Below, piece by piece: positions 10,348 to 20,777 of a stretch of DNA of 64,000 nt. Below the pieces are notes generated by a model that worked only from the letters and a program-made list of their open reading frames with translations, searched no databases and had not been told where the DNA came from. The translations under genes and the position numbers were made by a program. The stretch is taken from positions 64,001 through 128,000 of IMG/VR virus record IMGVR_UViG_3300031950_000001; one strand, 5' to 3'. The stretch comes from a virus. Numbering within the stretch: position 1 is the stretch's first letter; every line of letters begins with the position of its first letter.

Positions 10348-11406
10348 ATGTGCAGTGTGTCCTGTCCTGATGGACAAAGTGTAACCGCAAGCAACGTAAC
10401 CGATCATATCAAGTTGCATGAACTAGAAGATCGAGAAAGTCAAAAAGAGGCGATCGTGGACGGGAGGTGCTACCCAGTATTTCGTTTTGATGGCCGTATA
10501 TTTGACGGGAAAGACGGTAATTTGTATGCCGTCGTTTATAACCGTCGCGAGATATATAGACTAAATGGCAATAAGTTAGGTTCGGTCGTTTATAAGAGTC
10601 CGCAGTCTCTTGATCTCTATGTGACGAATACGGGTTATGATCACGTCATATATCAACTCACCCCTCGATACAGGCAGACGTACCGGGTATGGAGGATTTT
10701 TCAGCCGAGCAATCAAAAGGAATACCGATATACGCAGTCGTCCCGTTATTCTGCACCATATGGATTTAATGTAGGACGGCAAGCACTTGTCATACACAAT
10801 GATGGGTTTCATAATTGTCGTGAAATGCGCTGTGCCGATTTGAGTTCCCGCCCAATCACAGAATGGCGAACAGCGATCGACGTTAAATCCTCGCCAAACG
10901 TTGATAGGCTTCTCGTTGCCAAATATGACACGCCGAGTCTGATTCATATCCACAATATAATGGGAGGTGAGCGCGTCTCGACGGTCGATCTAGATGGGCT
11001 TCCGATTCATAAGATATTATTCTACTATCCACTAGCACCGAATATTGTCATTCTTCTGGGAATGTCGGACGATTATGCGCTCTTTATTGTGAAAGATCAA
11101 TCTATCGTCTTCCAGCTTCCGATACAAAGTCCAATTTTTACGTACTCGGCCGAAAGCATGGGCAATCGGTGTCTTATCAGTCTATACCATTGGCCCGATC
11201 GTCGCCGATATATTTACGCAAATCTGGATAATGAGCGATTCTGTGTGCTAAGCGGTGCTACAGACGCCTCCTTATTATGCTCGGGTGTCGTAGCCAGACT
11301 TAAGCAACGGGATCTTCTCATTATTCCGACAGCCGATCTGGAACAAAAGCAGTTTGGTTTGATCACGTTTGCGCAGAGTCAACAGTCGGTTCTTGCCTTG
11401 TTGTGA
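10348..11406 (+). CDS. hypothetical protein, paralog family B copy 2
   Basis: AGGAGG RBS; same family motifs. Confidence 0.75.
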   Translation: MCSVSCPDGQSVTASNVTDHIKLHELEDRESQKEAIVDGRCYPVFRFDGRIFDGKDGNLYAVVYNRREIYRLNGNKLGSVVYKSPQSLDLYVTNTGYDHVIYQLTPRYRQTYRVWRIFQPSNQKEYRYTQSSRYSAPYGFNVGRQALVIHNDGFHNCREMRCADLSSRPITEWRTAIDVKSSPNVDRLLVAKYDTPSLIHIHNIMGGERVSTVDLDGLPIHKILFYYPLAPNIVILLGMSDDYALFIVKDQSIVFQLPIQSPIFTYSAESMGNRCLISLYHWPDRRRYIYANLDNERFCVLSGATDASLLCSGVVARLKQRDLLIIPTADLEQKQFGLITFAQSQQSVLALL

Positions 11407-11433
11407 TCTAGTTAACAGGAGGAGGAGGGTCCA

Positions 11434-12369
11434 ATGCGGAATAGGTCCTATCACGTTATTAACTTTGACGGTGCTATATTTGAAGGAGGAGATGGTAGAT
11501 TATATGCTGTGCGGTATGGCAGTAGTGATGTGTATCGGATAGATGGTACCAAGCTTCGATGGGCGTTTGCGCTTCCCAAAGGTTGCGTATACGATTCGTA
11601 TGGGTTTGTTGGCTATGACTACGTTCTTGCTCGGGTTCCGGGTAACGATGATAGCGTCGACAAATGGAAGGTTCGCGTCGTAAGTAGCGACCAAGTTTAT
11701 CGGTTTTACCAGCATAACCCTGCGTTCTATGGATTTAATGCAAAACATAAGATACTGCTCGTAAACCGCTCTCCCGATCGTATTGACTATACCAACCTTC
11801 AGACGATGGAGATATCCGCCACAACGCTTGATCAAATGGCTCAGATCAACGTAGATAAGCTTTTGATCGCCAATTACCGTGACGGGATAATTCAAACGCG
11901 TTATTTGACCGCGCCCGATGATATTGTTTCGACCGTCGATATCGCAGGGCTACATCTATGCGAGCCGGTCTTTTACTATCCTATCGCGCCAAATATTATT
12001 GCTCTATTGGGATGGGCACATGACAACGACGAAAATCGGCTATTTATCGTACGAAATGATCGCGTTGTGTTCCAGATGCCGATGATTGATGTTATAGGCG
12101 CAGAGAGCATGGAAAAGCGATTCCTTATTTACGGACGCCTACCGAAGAACCGCCGACCTAGCTCGGTCATTCTATACGGAAATCTTGATACGAATCGGTT
12201 CTGTATCTTGCCTAATATTTTTGACGCGAAGCTGATTAGTTATGGAATTGTTGTTGAGCCGCGAAGTATGTCTGGATATTGTATTGTGCCGTCCAAGCAC
12301 TTAGAGCACAAAACGCTTAATATTATGAAATTTAATCCGTGCGATTCATCGGCGCTAGTTGCTGTATGA
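11434..12369 (+). CDS. hypothetical protein, paralog family B copy 3
   Basis: GGAGGAGG RBS; same family motifs. Confidence 0.75.
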   Translation: MRNRSYHVINFDGAIFEGGDGRLYAVRYGSSDVYRIDGTKLRWAFALPKGCVYDSYGFVGYDYVLARVPGNDDSVDKWKVRVVSSDQVYRFYQHNPAFYGFNAKHKILLVNRSPDRIDYTNLQTMEISATTLDQMAQINVDKLLIANYRDGIIQTRYLTAPDDIVSTVDIAGLHLCEPVFYYPIAPNIIALLGWAHDNDENRLFIVRNDRVVFQMPMIDVIGAESMEKRFLIYGRLPKNRRPSSVILYGNLDTNRFCILPNIFDAKLISYGIVVEPRSMSGYCIVPSKHLEHKTLNIMKFNPCDSSALVAV

Positions 12370-12412
12370 GACCGGATAGTCTTTTTCTGGCGTAAAAGGA
12401 GGGATTTGCAGA

Positions 12413-13492
12413 ATGCTAGCGTTGGCCTCCGCAGACTGGCATATCGGAGACACGATAAAAGGCTTTATGCCATACGAACTCAAAGAGGATATTGATACCA
12501 TTCTCGACCTTATTCTAAAAGAAGTTGAACGGCTATCCCCTAAATGCTTTATTCTGGCTGGCGATATTTTCGACACCAAAACCGTCGGGGGCGAATCCTT
12601 AGCAAAATGCTCCCGGTTCATTAAACGCTGCCGGGACGTCGGCTGTACTGTGCTTTTTGTCCAAGGCCAGCATGATCTTAATACGGTTCCCATTCTGTCT
12701 ACATACGGCTACGACAACGTCGTTTATCTCAACGGAAAACTGCAGTGGTTTTCGCCTGACGGTAATCTACGGATTGCAGGTATGGATTTTGCCTACAAGC
12801 CTTTACGGGCTATCTCCTGTGATCTCTTAGTGACGCATCAAAACTGGAAACGGCCAGGATGGCCTTTCGGTATCCAAGAGCCTATTCCAGCCCTTTTAAA
12901 GAAGAAGCTGGTTGTTTCCGGTGATTGGCACGAGCATACGGTATTTCATTTGGGTTCCGATCTGCCTGCTGTCCTTTCTCCAGGACCGCTTCTGCCACAA
13001 CGACTAACGGAACCAAAAACATGCGCCATCTGGGCTATCGAGGATGATCTTTCCTATCGAAGCATTATCATCCCTACCAGGAAGTGGTTTGAATACACCA
13101 TAATGGGTGACGACGAATTAGACAAAGCGGTATCCGAAGTCAATGGTTTTCGGTGCGATCCTACCATTCCAGAAAGATTCGTAAAACCAGTATGCGTCTT
13201 GCGTTATCCTGCCGATTTCCATAATCAGGTGCTAAAAGCCGAAGAAAGCATGAACGCCATTTGTATTCATGTTTTGCTGACTAGCCCTAAAGAAAGGGGA
13301 CCTGTGGAAAAACTCACGTCCAGCCAGTTCGATATTCGACAGATTTTACGGCGTCTCTACGCAGACGATCCGAAACTAGCGGATATCGAACGTATTCTTA
13401 TGGCTTCAAGTCCATCGGCAGTAAAAGAGATTATTCGGGACATTCTGGGAGAACCAAAGAACCACGTCAACGGAGGGAAGGTTGAGTCATGA
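12413..13492 (+). CDS. sbcD: Mre11/SbcD-like metallophosphoesterase nuclease
   Basis: ADWH, AGDIFD, GQHD and GDWH motifs; adjacent to a Rad50-like gene. Confidence 0.9.
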   Translation: MLALASADWHIGDTIKGFMPYELKEDIDTILDLILKEVERLSPKCFILAGDIFDTKTVGGESLAKCSRFIKRCRDVGCTVLFVQGQHDLNTVPILSTYGYDNVVYLNGKLQWFSPDGNLRIAGMDFAYKPLRAISCDLLVTHQNWKRPGWPFGIQEPIPALLKKKLVVSGDWHEHTVFHLGSDLPAVLSPGPLLPQRLTEPKTCAIWAIEDDLSYRSIIIPTRKWFEYTIMGDDELDKAVSEVNGFRCDPTIPERFVKPVCVLRYPADFHNQVLKAEESMNAICIHVLLTSPKERGPVEKLTSSQFDIRQILRRLYADDPKLADIERILMASSPSAVKEIIRDILGEPKNHVNGGKVES

Positions 13493-15207
13493 GTATTTCT
13501 CGTCTTTCGTTACGTCACTTCCGAAAGCATCGAAATCTCGACATTTCCTTTGGCCCAACGACATTGATCATAGGCCCAAACGGTTCAGGCAAAAGCACGA
13601 TTATCGAAGCCATACGTTTCGCGCTCGTAGGTGCGCTTAATAGCGACCTTAAGGACGCGATTACCGTCGGATCAAGCGAAGCCTTTGTCGATCTTCATTT
13701 CGACGACGGACTCATTGTTCGACGAAGGATTGACAAGCGCGGTAGTTACGCCGGACTTGAGCACGACGGCAACGCCGTCAATGGGGTTTCGGCCGTAACG
13801 AAATACATCTTGGACCATTTCGATATCTCCGAAGAAGCCGTTCATGTACTGCTGTCTCGGCAGGAAGCACTGTATGAATTCTTTATGGAAGCTGAAGCCA
13901 AACGAGTAGGGATGGTCTCTTCGCTCATTCCTGGCGTAGGCGTCATCAAGTCCCGATATGACTGGCTGACAGACGCGTTATCATCCTATCCGGACTATGG
14001 CACGCTCGAACCGACCAGCGAGGAAAAAGTCCGCCAATTAAAAAATAAGCTGAATGAGGTCGAAGCCAAACTAAATGAGCTCAAAAAGCGAAGGAATGAT
14101 GCTCTAGCCCGACAAAATGCCGATCGTGAAAAGGCCAGAATAAAGGAATTGGCACACCTCATAGCGCTGAAGCAGTACGAGATTGAAGAAATTAATCGAA
14201 GGGTCGCTCAGATGGAGGCGATGCTAGCCGAACTGCAGCCGAAACTTGAAACTCTGACTTCCCAAATCCAGAAAATCGAGACGCCGGCGGCCGATCTTGC
14301 GCGTCAGAACGAGCTACGGAAAGCCTATCAGACGGTCATGGAAGATATGACCCACAAGATTGCAACCGAGCCTCGATTTGAGGATATGAAAGAAGTCCTT
14401 GCTCCGATTGTTTCGGAGCTACTGAGCTGGTTCATCCCTCCGCCCGTTGATACGACCATTTTCGACAAGCTTGCCGAGCTTCGACAGGAAGAACAGGTCT
14501 TAAGCCATAACAAGCAAGTGCTTCAGACCGAAATCGCCACTCTCAGAAACCGAAAGTCTCTTATGGCGTCTGAAAAAAGCTTTCTACAGAGCAGGAGAAA
14601 CGCCATCATGATTCCGCAAGAAGAGCTGTCTTCAGAGGAGAATGTGGAAGAGCTTGTTGCGAAGACGGACAGTATGATGAGTGAAATGGCCAAGATATGC
14701 GAGGAACTCAGCAAAGAGAAGCGGCTATTACAAATGGGCCAATATCAACAGAAAAGAGACTATGTCAATCAGCTTCGGAATGTATTTCACTGGCGAAACA
14801 TCTCGATGCAGGCTTCAACATTCATCCTTGATAACCTTGTCGACGATATCAATGACTATCTCGCCCTATTAGATGTTCCATTTAGGGTCAAAACGAAGGA
14901 AGGCTCTATGACGCTGACAGCCGTATTTGGAGACACCGAGCTTCCGGATCAATTACTCTCAGGAGGCCAACGGGTGGCTGTTTCAATCGCTATGAAGTTG
15001 GCAATTTTACGCCTTTTGGGGGGTAAGTTCCGGTTTATCGCCCTAGATGAGCCGACGGCTTTTCTAGACAACGCCAGAATAGCCGGGCTAAGGGAGCTTA
15101 TGAGACGGACAAACGAAGTATGCCGTAATGAAGGGACGAAACTGATCGTAATCAGCCATTGTCCCGAAATTCAATCGGCATTTGATAATGTGGTCCAACT
15201 GGGCTAA
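13489..15207 (+). CDS. sbcC: Rad50/SbcC-like SMC ATPase
   Basis: Walker A GPNGSGKS, coiled coil, LSGGQ signature, LDEPT, ISH. Confidence 0.92.
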   Translation: MSISRLSLRHFRKHRNLDISFGPTTLIIGPNGSGKSTIIEAIRFALVGALNSDLKDAITVGSSEAFVDLHFDDGLIVRRRIDKRGSYAGLEHDGNAVNGVSAVTKYILDHFDISEEAVHVLLSRQEALYEFFMEAEAKRVGMVSSLIPGVGVIKSRYDWLTDALSSYPDYGTLEPTSEEKVRQLKNKLNEVEAKLNELKKRRNDALARQNADREKARIKELAHLIALKQYEIEEINRRVAQMEAMLAELQPKLETLTSQIQKIETPAADLARQNELRKAYQTVMEDMTHKIATEPRFEDMKEVLAPIVSELLSWFIPPPVDTTIFDKLAELRQEEQVLSHNKQVLQTEIATLRNRKSLMASEKSFLQSRRNAIMIPQEELSSEENVEELVAKTDSMMSEMAKICEELSKEKRLLQMGQYQQKRDYVNQLRNVFHWRNISMQASTFILDNLVDDINDYLALLDVPFRVKTKEGSMTLTAVFGDTELPDQLLSGGQRVAVSIAMKLAILRLLGGKFRFIALDEPTAFLDNARIAGLRELMRRTNEVCRNEGTKLIVISHCPEIQSAFDNVVQLG

Positions 15208-15621
15208 AGATTTGCTGAAATTAAGGGCATTTACAAACGGCCCGGGGCGTCCACATTTTGCTCCTTGTGGCGTCCCGGGCCATTTCTGAAGAGAATTTTT
15301 TGTCCCCTAAACTGGCCGCGACCCCGGCGGCCTAAAATAATCGGAGGGGCGCCCCCCAGCGTTTGTGCGGGTGAGGCTGATTCTGCCAGGTGGCTGCCGG
15401 CCTGGCGATTCCATAGTCGGGACACTGGCTTTTGGGGACAGCCGGTGCGACTATGAAGTGCCTTTTCCGGCGGCGTTTTTTTAGCTATTAGGCAATTTTT
15501 GATTCCGGAATCAAATTTTTTTAATCATATCGCCAAAAGTGCGGCATTTAATAATGGGAATGGCCATCGTGCGGTGCGATGGCTAATTTTTTTTACTTTT
15601 TTTACAATTGGAGGTTTTTTT

Positions 15622-16101
15622 ATGAACCAAGTGTCAACCGGTTTTCAAAATGTTCTAAGTCAAGAAATTTCAAAAGAGCAGTTTGTCGAACTGCTCAACC
15701 AGGCCCGAGAGAGGGCCAAGCGGCTAGGAAGGCCGCTAACCGGGCTAATTTGGCTGCCCAAGGGGCTTTCCGAGCCCCTCAGGGCAGCCGCCGTTACCGT
15801 CTACCCAGACGGTAACGGAATTGCCGGAATGGGGATTTTCAATCCCCACCCGGCCACGACGGGCAGGTATGAGGGCCGGTGGTATCGGTGGTCGGTCGAC
15901 GAGACCGACGTAACCAAGCCAACCGGCCAATGGGCCGGGCGAGCCCTGGCTTTAATTGCTCATGGCCTCGCCACCGGGCGAGCCTACCCGTTCCCAAACG
16001 GGCAGGCCGCGCCGGAGGGGGACTATGAAGCCCCACCCCGCTACGCCGTAGCGGCCGGTGGGCTGCATTCAGTAATCCCCCAGGCCTTCCTGGCCCGATA
16101 A
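15622..16101 (+). CDS. hypothetical protein (GC-rich, possibly early gene)
   Basis: GGAGG RBS before ATG 15622; downstream of the promoter-like motif. Confidence 0.7.
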   Translation: MNQVSTGFQNVLSQEISKEQFVELLNQARERAKRLGRPLTGLIWLPKGLSEPLRAAAVTVYPDGNGIAGMGIFNPHPATTGRYEGRWYRWSVDETDVTKPTGQWAGRALALIAHGLATGRAYPFPNGQAAPEGDYEAPPRYAVAAGGLHSVIPQAFLAR

Positions 16102-16138
16102 AGAATTTCAATTAAAGTGAATTAATTCATGGAACGTT

Positions 16139-16206
16139 GCGGGTAGCCCGGCGTCGGTTCAAACAGCTTTTTTTGAAACGCCGGGCTACCCGCTTGAATT
16201 TTTTTA
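16139..16206 (+). terminator. probable intrinsic terminator
   Basis: GCGGGTAGCCCGGCGT/ACGCCGGGCTACCCGC stem followed by a T tract. Confidence 0.65.
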
Positions 16207-16273
16207 GTGATCAGACAAGAATCGACAGTAGAATTTGCCTCGTTCTTCTATTTTTTCACTTGGAGTAAGGCCT

Positions 16274-16720
16274 ATGTTTGTTTTAGGTATTGATCCTGGT
16301 CAACGGGGCGCAATTGCGGTTCTTTCCGACTCACGAACAGGCGCAATCTTTGGAATGCCCCAAACCGAAAAGGATATATGCGAACTTCTTTTAGATATTA
16401 AAGACAAATATTCTCCTATCATGTGCTACATTGAAGACGTCCATGCAATGCCCAAACAGGGTGTATCTTCGACGTTCAAGTTTGGGCGGAACTATGGATT
16501 TCTTCGAGGTGTTCTAACCGCACTTAAGATTCCATTCGACGGAATTAGTCCTGTTACATGGCAACGTAAAATACGCTTTTCTTCTAGGGGAAACAAGAAG
16601 CTAGCCAAGCAAAAGGCGCAGAACCTATTTCCGGGCATCGAAGGTATTACAGATCTTACGGCTGATGCCGTTCTAATCGCCTATAGTTGCCTATTGGACG
16701 TCACCAAGGTAAGAGAGTAA
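16274..16720 (+). CDS. RuvC-like Holliday junction resolvase
   Basis: LGIDPG, YIEDV, SSTFKFG and ADAVLIA motifs. Confidence 0.85.
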   Translation: MFVLGIDPGQRGAIAVLSDSRTGAIFGMPQTEKDICELLLDIKDKYSPIMCYIEDVHAMPKQGVSSTFKFGRNYGFLRGVLTALKIPFDGISPVTWQRKIRFSSRGNKKLAKQKAQNLFPGIEGITDLTADAVLIAYSCLLDVTKVRE

Positions 16721-16748
16721 CTTTTTGGCTCTGTCTGGAGCAGGAGTA

Positions 16749-17390
16749 ATGCTTCCCTGTTCTAAGCTAGAAGGAGTTATTAAATATCCGAATCTTTTAT
16801 CTTTCGACTATGCGCGGGCTCGGCTGCTTGTGCATGGTTGTCTTGACGCATCGGGTCGATACATTCTCGCTTATGGCAAACCTACGGGTGTAATACTTGA
16901 TAAAACGGTTGTACTGCCGTATGACATTTACCCGCGGCTCTTGCACAGACTTCTTGTCCGCGAGCTCTTGCCGAATACGACGGGATGGCTCTTTGCGTGC
17001 GGAGATGACTACGGCGAATTCTTCGTCGATGGCAAGCGGAAGGGAACTCGGATTCACTTCGATCGTTACGAACCCTTTAAAGATCCGCTAAAACGCAGGA
17101 GTCTGCCCGAACTTGTTCGGCCGTCGTACGATCTGTTCGTCGAGCTTTATGAACTGATTCTCAAGATTCTCGAAATATCGCGTCCTGAGGAATTGGGTAA
17201 ATGGCCGATTTACATGTACAACATAAAACACAAAGGGCGTATTGATTGTCTTTTCAACGCTGCCATGACGGAGCATCTTCGATGCGAAATCCATTTAAAA
17301 TTTCGCGATATCATCCAGCCGACCGAGAAACTACTCCGACGCGGTAGTCAGACTGTAGCCCGGAAGCGAGAGCGAATATGTGCTACGTAG
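16749..17390 (+). CDS. hypothetical protein, paralog family C copy 1
   Basis: KLEGVxxY start, PELVRPSYD and HxKxRDIIxPTEK motifs shared in the family. Confidence 0.75.
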   Translation: MLPCSKLEGVIKYPNLLSFDYARARLLVHGCLDASGRYILAYGKPTGVILDKTVVLPYDIYPRLLHRLLVRELLPNTTGWLFACGDDYGEFFVDGKRKGTRIHFDRYEPFKDPLKRRSLPELVRPSYDLFVELYELILKILEISRPEELGKWPIYMYNIKHKGRIDCLFNAAMTEHLRCEIHLKFRDIIQPTEKLLRRGSQTVARKRERICAT

Positions 17391-17408
17391 TACGTAAAGG
17401 AGTCACGT

Positions 17409-18083
17409 ATGTGGAATCACATTAAACTGGAGGGCGTGCTAAGGTATCGGAGTCAGCTGACATTTGATGTTGTGATCGCTAAGCTGTTGAAAGACGGCTA
17501 CTTTGACCACGTAAGCCAATCGATTTTAGCTTACGGCGAACCGGTTGGTTCCGTATTTGACAAGGTCATCGTGTTCCCTTATGCAACATATCCGCCGTCT
17601 ATATATTCGACGTTACTTTATGAGCAGCATTTGTTCGATTCAACAGGTTGGCTGTTAGCAGCTGGCGACCGTGTCGGCGAGTTCATAACCGACAAACAGA
17701 CCACTCAAATCCGGTTTAGTATAGACACAGATTGGTACAAACCCATATTATGTCGTGCCGAGATTCCGGAGCTCGTTCGACCGTCGTACGATTTGCTCAT
17801 ACGACTTTCGTTCGTATCTCGTGTGAGATGGAGTAGCGAGGAGCATATTCAGCAACAAGATGAATTAGCCTATCTGGATGACGGGGTCATGTACGCGACC
17901 AGGTATAATGATACTCCTATTTATGATACAATTCGTACGGAGTATTTTCGGTGCGTGATGCATGTTAAATATCGTGATATTATTGCGCCCACAGAAAAAT
18001 GGCTTCGTCGAGGCGGCCAGGCGTATGCACGAAAGCTGCGCGAACGGTTCCTCAGTCGACGGAGCGCAGGAGTCTCGCCGTGA
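17409..18083 (+). CDS. hypothetical protein, paralog family C copy 2
   Basis: Same family motifs; AAGGAG RBS. Confidence 0.75.
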   Translation: MWNHIKLEGVLRYRSQLTFDVVIAKLLKDGYFDHVSQSILAYGEPVGSVFDKVIVFPYATYPPSIYSTLLYEQHLFDSTGWLLAAGDRVGEFITDKQTTQIRFSIDTDWYKPILCRAEIPELVRPSYDLLIRLSFVSRVRWSSEEHIQQQDELAYLDDGVMYATRYNDTPIYDTIRTEYFRCVMHVKYRDIIAPTEKWLRRGGQAYARKLRERFLSRRSAGVSP

Positions 18084-18757
18084 TCGTTAAGCTAGAAGGC
18101 GTGCTCAAATATCGCGATCAGATCACATTTGATCGCGTAATCGCTAATCTGTTTGAATATGGGTTTTTTGATCCCGTCGAGCAATCGATTTCATCCTATG
18201 GCGAACCCATCGGCGCTGTATTTGATCGAGTTATCGTCCTCCCCTATGCGACGTATGCGACATTGTTGAGCGATGCACTATGTGAGGAATGGTTTGCGCC
18301 AACATATCGAAGCTGGTTGTTGCGGATCGATCATCGTGGCGGCGATTTTCTAGCAGACGGACGTGTGGACGAGATACGGTTTCTCGGCAGTAAGGATTGG
18401 TTCAAACCCGTACTGCGTCGTGCCGATGTTCCTGAATTCGTGCAACCGTCCTATGATCGCGTTGTACGATGTCTGGCCGCATTGCGGCATATTTGGGAAA
18501 AGTCCGATGGCCGCGGATGCGCGAGGCCTCCGTACGAACTGACCTGCGAAGATGAGCCGGTTTTGAGTCGCGTCAACCATGCTCCCGGCATCCATCGTAA
18601 CGATGTAATTCTTATGGAGTACTTCCGATGCTTAATGCATGTTAAATATCGTGATATTATTGCACCTACAGAAAAGTGGCTTCGTCGAGGTTGCCGATTA
18701 CGGGCAAAGCGGTTGAAAACGATAGCGGACCCGCGGTCGAAAGGAGACTCTCCGTGA
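18080..18757 (+). CDS. hypothetical protein, paralog family C copy 3
   Basis: Same family motifs; GTG start with AGGAG RBS. Confidence 0.75.
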   Translation: MIVKLEGVLKYRDQITFDRVIANLFEYGFFDPVEQSISSYGEPIGAVFDRVIVLPYATYATLLSDALCEEWFAPTYRSWLLRIDHRGGDFLADGRVDEIRFLGSKDWFKPVLRRADVPEFVQPSYDRVVRCLAALRHIWEKSDGRGCARPPYELTCEDEPVLSRVNHAPGIHRNDVILMEYFRCLMHVKYRDIIAPTEKWLRRGCRLRAKRLKTIADPRSKGDSP

Positions 18758-19629
18758 GTGAGCTGCTTTTTTATCTCGAAGAATACATAAAACAAAATGG
18801 TCGGACAAAAATAGCGGAGCTAGCACGACTATTTGGGATTGGCAGGTCAATTGTCAGAAAATACATCAGAACATCGACCATTCTCGATATTTCGGGCCCA
18901 TATGCCGTATTGAGGCGGACCGTTGGGAGCGAATACGGCGAAGTCACTCCGGATGATCTTATTACTATTCGGAAGTACGATGTACCGACGCCCGAAGAGA
19001 TCGAATGCCGCAAACAGACTATTCTTGACTGTATTGATGATTCGCTTCAAACACCGTTTATTCTCGAACGTCCGGATGAGTTTACAAATCTTATTCAGGC
19101 GGTCATCGAATTCTTTACTTCATTAACAGACGAGCGGGCTAGCAGCCTTGCGATGCAGATACGTTCCGATCTTTGCGAGGAAAGGGACGAGCACAAGCTT
19201 TATAAGATCTACATCTATATCTATAGTCGCCAGTCCAGATCAATAAAGGGCTGGGCGGCATTTATCGTAAACCGAAATAATCTCATGCACGCCATGAGTG
19301 GTTGCATGCTTCGCGTATCGGTTCTTCACATGTATCTCAATATTCTTGCACGAATTCTCCGATTTGTTAAACCTTTCTCAGCCATTCAGATTGTATCGGA
19401 CAAGCGAAGTATCGATACGTTGCGGCGGAGCCTCAATACCGATCATCGCATGTCCCTAAGCGAGCGATACGCTCGAAAGAAGTTGCTGTCGCTACTATCT
19501 TCATATACTATTAGCTTTGGCATTGCCGATGATGAGATACTCCAAAATTGCCGAAATATGGCGATTAAGGCAAGGGAGGACCTTTGTTTGTTAGGAGTTG
19601 GTAATGGCCGTGTATCGCGTTTATTGTAG
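18754..19629 (+). CDS. HTH domain fused to a degenerate RNase HI-like domain
   Basis: N-terminal TKIAELARLFGIGRSIVRKYI; C-terminal IYIYS...GWAAFIV...SG...HMYL...IQIVSD follows the RNase HI pattern. Confidence 0.55.
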   Translation: MSELLFYLEEYIKQNGRTKIAELARLFGIGRSIVRKYIRTSTILDISGPYAVLRRTVGSEYGEVTPDDLITIRKYDVPTPEEIECRKQTILDCIDDSLQTPFILERPDEFTNLIQAVIEFFTSLTDERASSLAMQIRSDLCEERDEHKLYKIYIYIYSRQSRSIKGWAAFIVNRNNLMHAMSGCMLRVSVLHMYLNILARILRFVKPFSAIQIVSDKRSIDTLRRSLNTDHRMSLSERYARKKLLSLLSSYTISFGIADDEILQNCRNMAIKAREDLCLLGVGNGRVSRLL

Positions 19630-19957
19630 GGAGGGGCGCTACAAAGCCGTTCCGATACGTCGGATCGACTTTCGGGCGCTTTTGTTAGGCCCGATATGGC
19701 TCGTACTCCAACGAGCTTATCTTGAAGCCTTAGCGACATTCCTCTTGCTAATTGGACTGTGGGGCTGTGGACTCCCTCTATTTGTGGCGATTATCGTGGT
19801 GAATATGCTAGTAAGTTACATTAATTTGGTCGTCCTTGATTCCCGGTTGCAGCGATCGGGATGGGACTACATAAGCTCAGTAGAGGCTAAAGATCCGCAT
19901 ACGGCGATAAAGTTGGTTTTGGACCCGTTTTTGTCTTTGAAGAAAGGAGTGAAATGA
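19604..19957 (+). CDS. DUF2628-like membrane protein
   Basis: FRALLLGPIWL followed by TM helices and LQRSGW. Confidence 0.6.
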   Translation: MAVYRVYCREGRYKAVPIRRIDFRALLLGPIWLVLQRAYLEALATFLLLIGLWGCGLPLFVAIIVVNMLVSYINLVVLDSRLQRSGWDYISSVEAKDPHTAIKLVLDPFLSLKKGVK

Positions 19958-20292
19958 TGTTTGATGACGATCAAGTCCACGATGATTTCGATCAACAGCC
20001 AGAGCAGCCAAGTTATGATGAGTTGTCAAAACACATTGTCTTGCCTTCGAAGGTAGTAGGCGTTTTTGTGGTACCGACTCCAGGAACGTTTAAACTATCG
20101 ATTTTGTGCATCCCCGAAAATGCCAAGCTCGAAGACGTAGGCAAGACGGAGCCCGCGGTACATGTCGTACTTTCGCTGCAGGACGTGGAAGCGCTGCTCC
20201 AGATGCTAAAAGACGGACTCGAAAGAGTCAAACTAGAACAAAAGGCACGATCGGCAGCGAATTATGGCCGTGAGCTGTTCGGACTGAGTTAG
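19954..20292 (+). CDS. hypothetical protein
   Basis: AAGGAG RBS; ORF. Confidence 0.7.
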   Translation: MMFDDDQVHDDFDQQPEQPSYDELSKHIVLPSKVVGVFVVPTPGTFKLSILCIPENAKLEDVGKTEPAVHVVLSLQDVEALLQMLKDGLERVKLEQKARSAANYGRELFGLS

Positions 20293-20777
20293 CCAGGCCA
20301 AAAAACCCTACTTGTAGGGGGTAGGCTTATAAAATTTGATTCCGGAATCAAATTTTGGCTTGTCCGTTTTGAAAAAATCTGTTAAATTGATTTAACAAAC
20401 CTCCTACCTGCCCGCCCCGCGGAGCACCGCAGAACACAATCCTGCGGGGCGGGCAGGGTTTAATCGTCCGTCCTATAACGAAAGGAGAAGGAGAAATGAA
20501 GTATCGTGCAATTGTGTCGGGTCTAATGGTTCTGTCGGTTTTGGCTGTTTCGTCGCTGCGAGCGGCTGATGTTCCGCCCGATATCGAGAAGAAGCATGTC
20601 CAAATGCTCTATCCAGTCGTCCGCGTGACGGTCAAGAACGCTGGCGGCTCTGGGACAATTCTCTATAGCGAAGATCGTGGAGATGGCTGTCAGACCTACG
20701 TTTTGACGAACTATCACGTTATCGAGGGAGCCATTAATATCGTTACCGAGTGGTCTTCGCTGGTTTACCAAACCTGC

